The position numbers were made by a program, and so were the translations under genes. A stretch of 64,000 nt of DNA, taken from Octopus vulgaris. Taxonomy: Eukaryota. The notes under the pieces were generated by a model. The model searched no databases. It was given only the letters and a program-made list of their open reading frames with translations, and was not told the DNA's origin. Below are positions 63,080-64,000 of the stretch, one piece after another. The stretch lies in the NCBI GenBank assembly GCA_951406725.2, contig OX597827.1, forward strand, positions 35,154,001-35,218,000, read 5' to 3'. Each line of letters opens with the position of its first letter. The stretch's first letter is position 1.

Positions 63080-63929
63080 AGTGGGTACGTTATTGCCATT
63101 CATGCATTTAACGAGGTACGCTCAAATACTTTTATTATTTTTTCCCATATCAGACAGAAGCATCAGAAAAGGTCGCCTGCCTCTTGACATTCTGTGGGTT
63201 TATGGAAGGCGTTCGCGTAGTGATAATACGATAGCAAAGAGGTGGCGATTCGTTGCAGTTGCACGATAATAATGTTGTCAGACAGCTGCTACAAACGGAC
63301 CAGCGGAAAGGCAGGTTAGGTATCGCATATTTGAGGACATATTTGCTGCCTTCGATTACCTCAAGTATGTTTATTCATAACATTAAAGTGACCAATTCAA
63401 CGGAAAGGATACTAATTTACGAAACGCATGGTGGCTACGTGTTGCGACATTCCAACTGTTGACCATTAACCTCCTGCAACTGGGAGCAATCTGTTGCTCA
63501 AACGGTTCCCTCTTAGGAAATGCTGAAATTGTTCAACTCGTTCTCTTCCTATACGTTTATATGTGCTTTATTCGCGAGTGTATGGTTCTAATCGGCACTG
63601 GGCTGAAGAGTAAGGTGTTGAAATGAGAAGAGCATTGCACGAGCGCGGTAGCTGCGGTAGGACTCTAAAAATTTTCTCAAGTGTAAGGCCTCATCTTTCA
63701 GCAGTTGAATGGTAATTTATTAAGACCCGTGCAACGGTACTACTGCTAGTACTGTAACAATATTAAGTTAGAAGTATTTAATTATGTTATACATTTCGTC
63801 AAGACAAAGATCCCATTTATAATTCCCAATATTGTACGATGGTGAGTAATTAATAATGGACCGTTTTAAATTATGCTTAATGTTCCTATGTATGTATGTA
63901 TATGAATGTGCAAGTGCGTGTGTGTTTTT

Positions 63930-63963
<34 letters not shown>

Positions 63964-64000
63964 GTGTGTGTGTGTGTGTGTAGATATGTCTTATTTACTT

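Overview
AT-rich, microsatellite-dense animal genomic DNA; the SINE and LINE repertoire suggests an octopus (inference). Most ORFs in the supplied track are microsatellite or transposon artefacts. Real content: (i) 3' exons of a + strand gene ending in a mollusc-type CxCPC...SAPDER...TM tail (stop 8699); (ii) a 7-8 exon + strand gene at about 35.6-52.8 kb with consistent splice phases (F-type-lectin-like and FN3-like segments, hydrophobic C-terminus), largely missed by the ORF track; (iii) a U6 snRNA pseudogene between two inverted Helitron copies; (iv) many decayed TEs (R4/Dong-like, CR1, Tx1/L1, RTE, Gypsy, Penelope-like, Tc1/mariner, Helitron with PIF1 helicase, tRNA-SINEs). The most notable signal is about 15 minimal type-I hammerhead-ribozyme motifs from several Penelope-like families. 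They carry family-specific palindromes in helix III, some show compensatory core changes (G3-C8, U3-A8), and several sit in foldbacks that can sequester the core. A four-helix pseudoknot also precedes one R4-like fragment. All calls were made by eye; TE boundaries are approximate.
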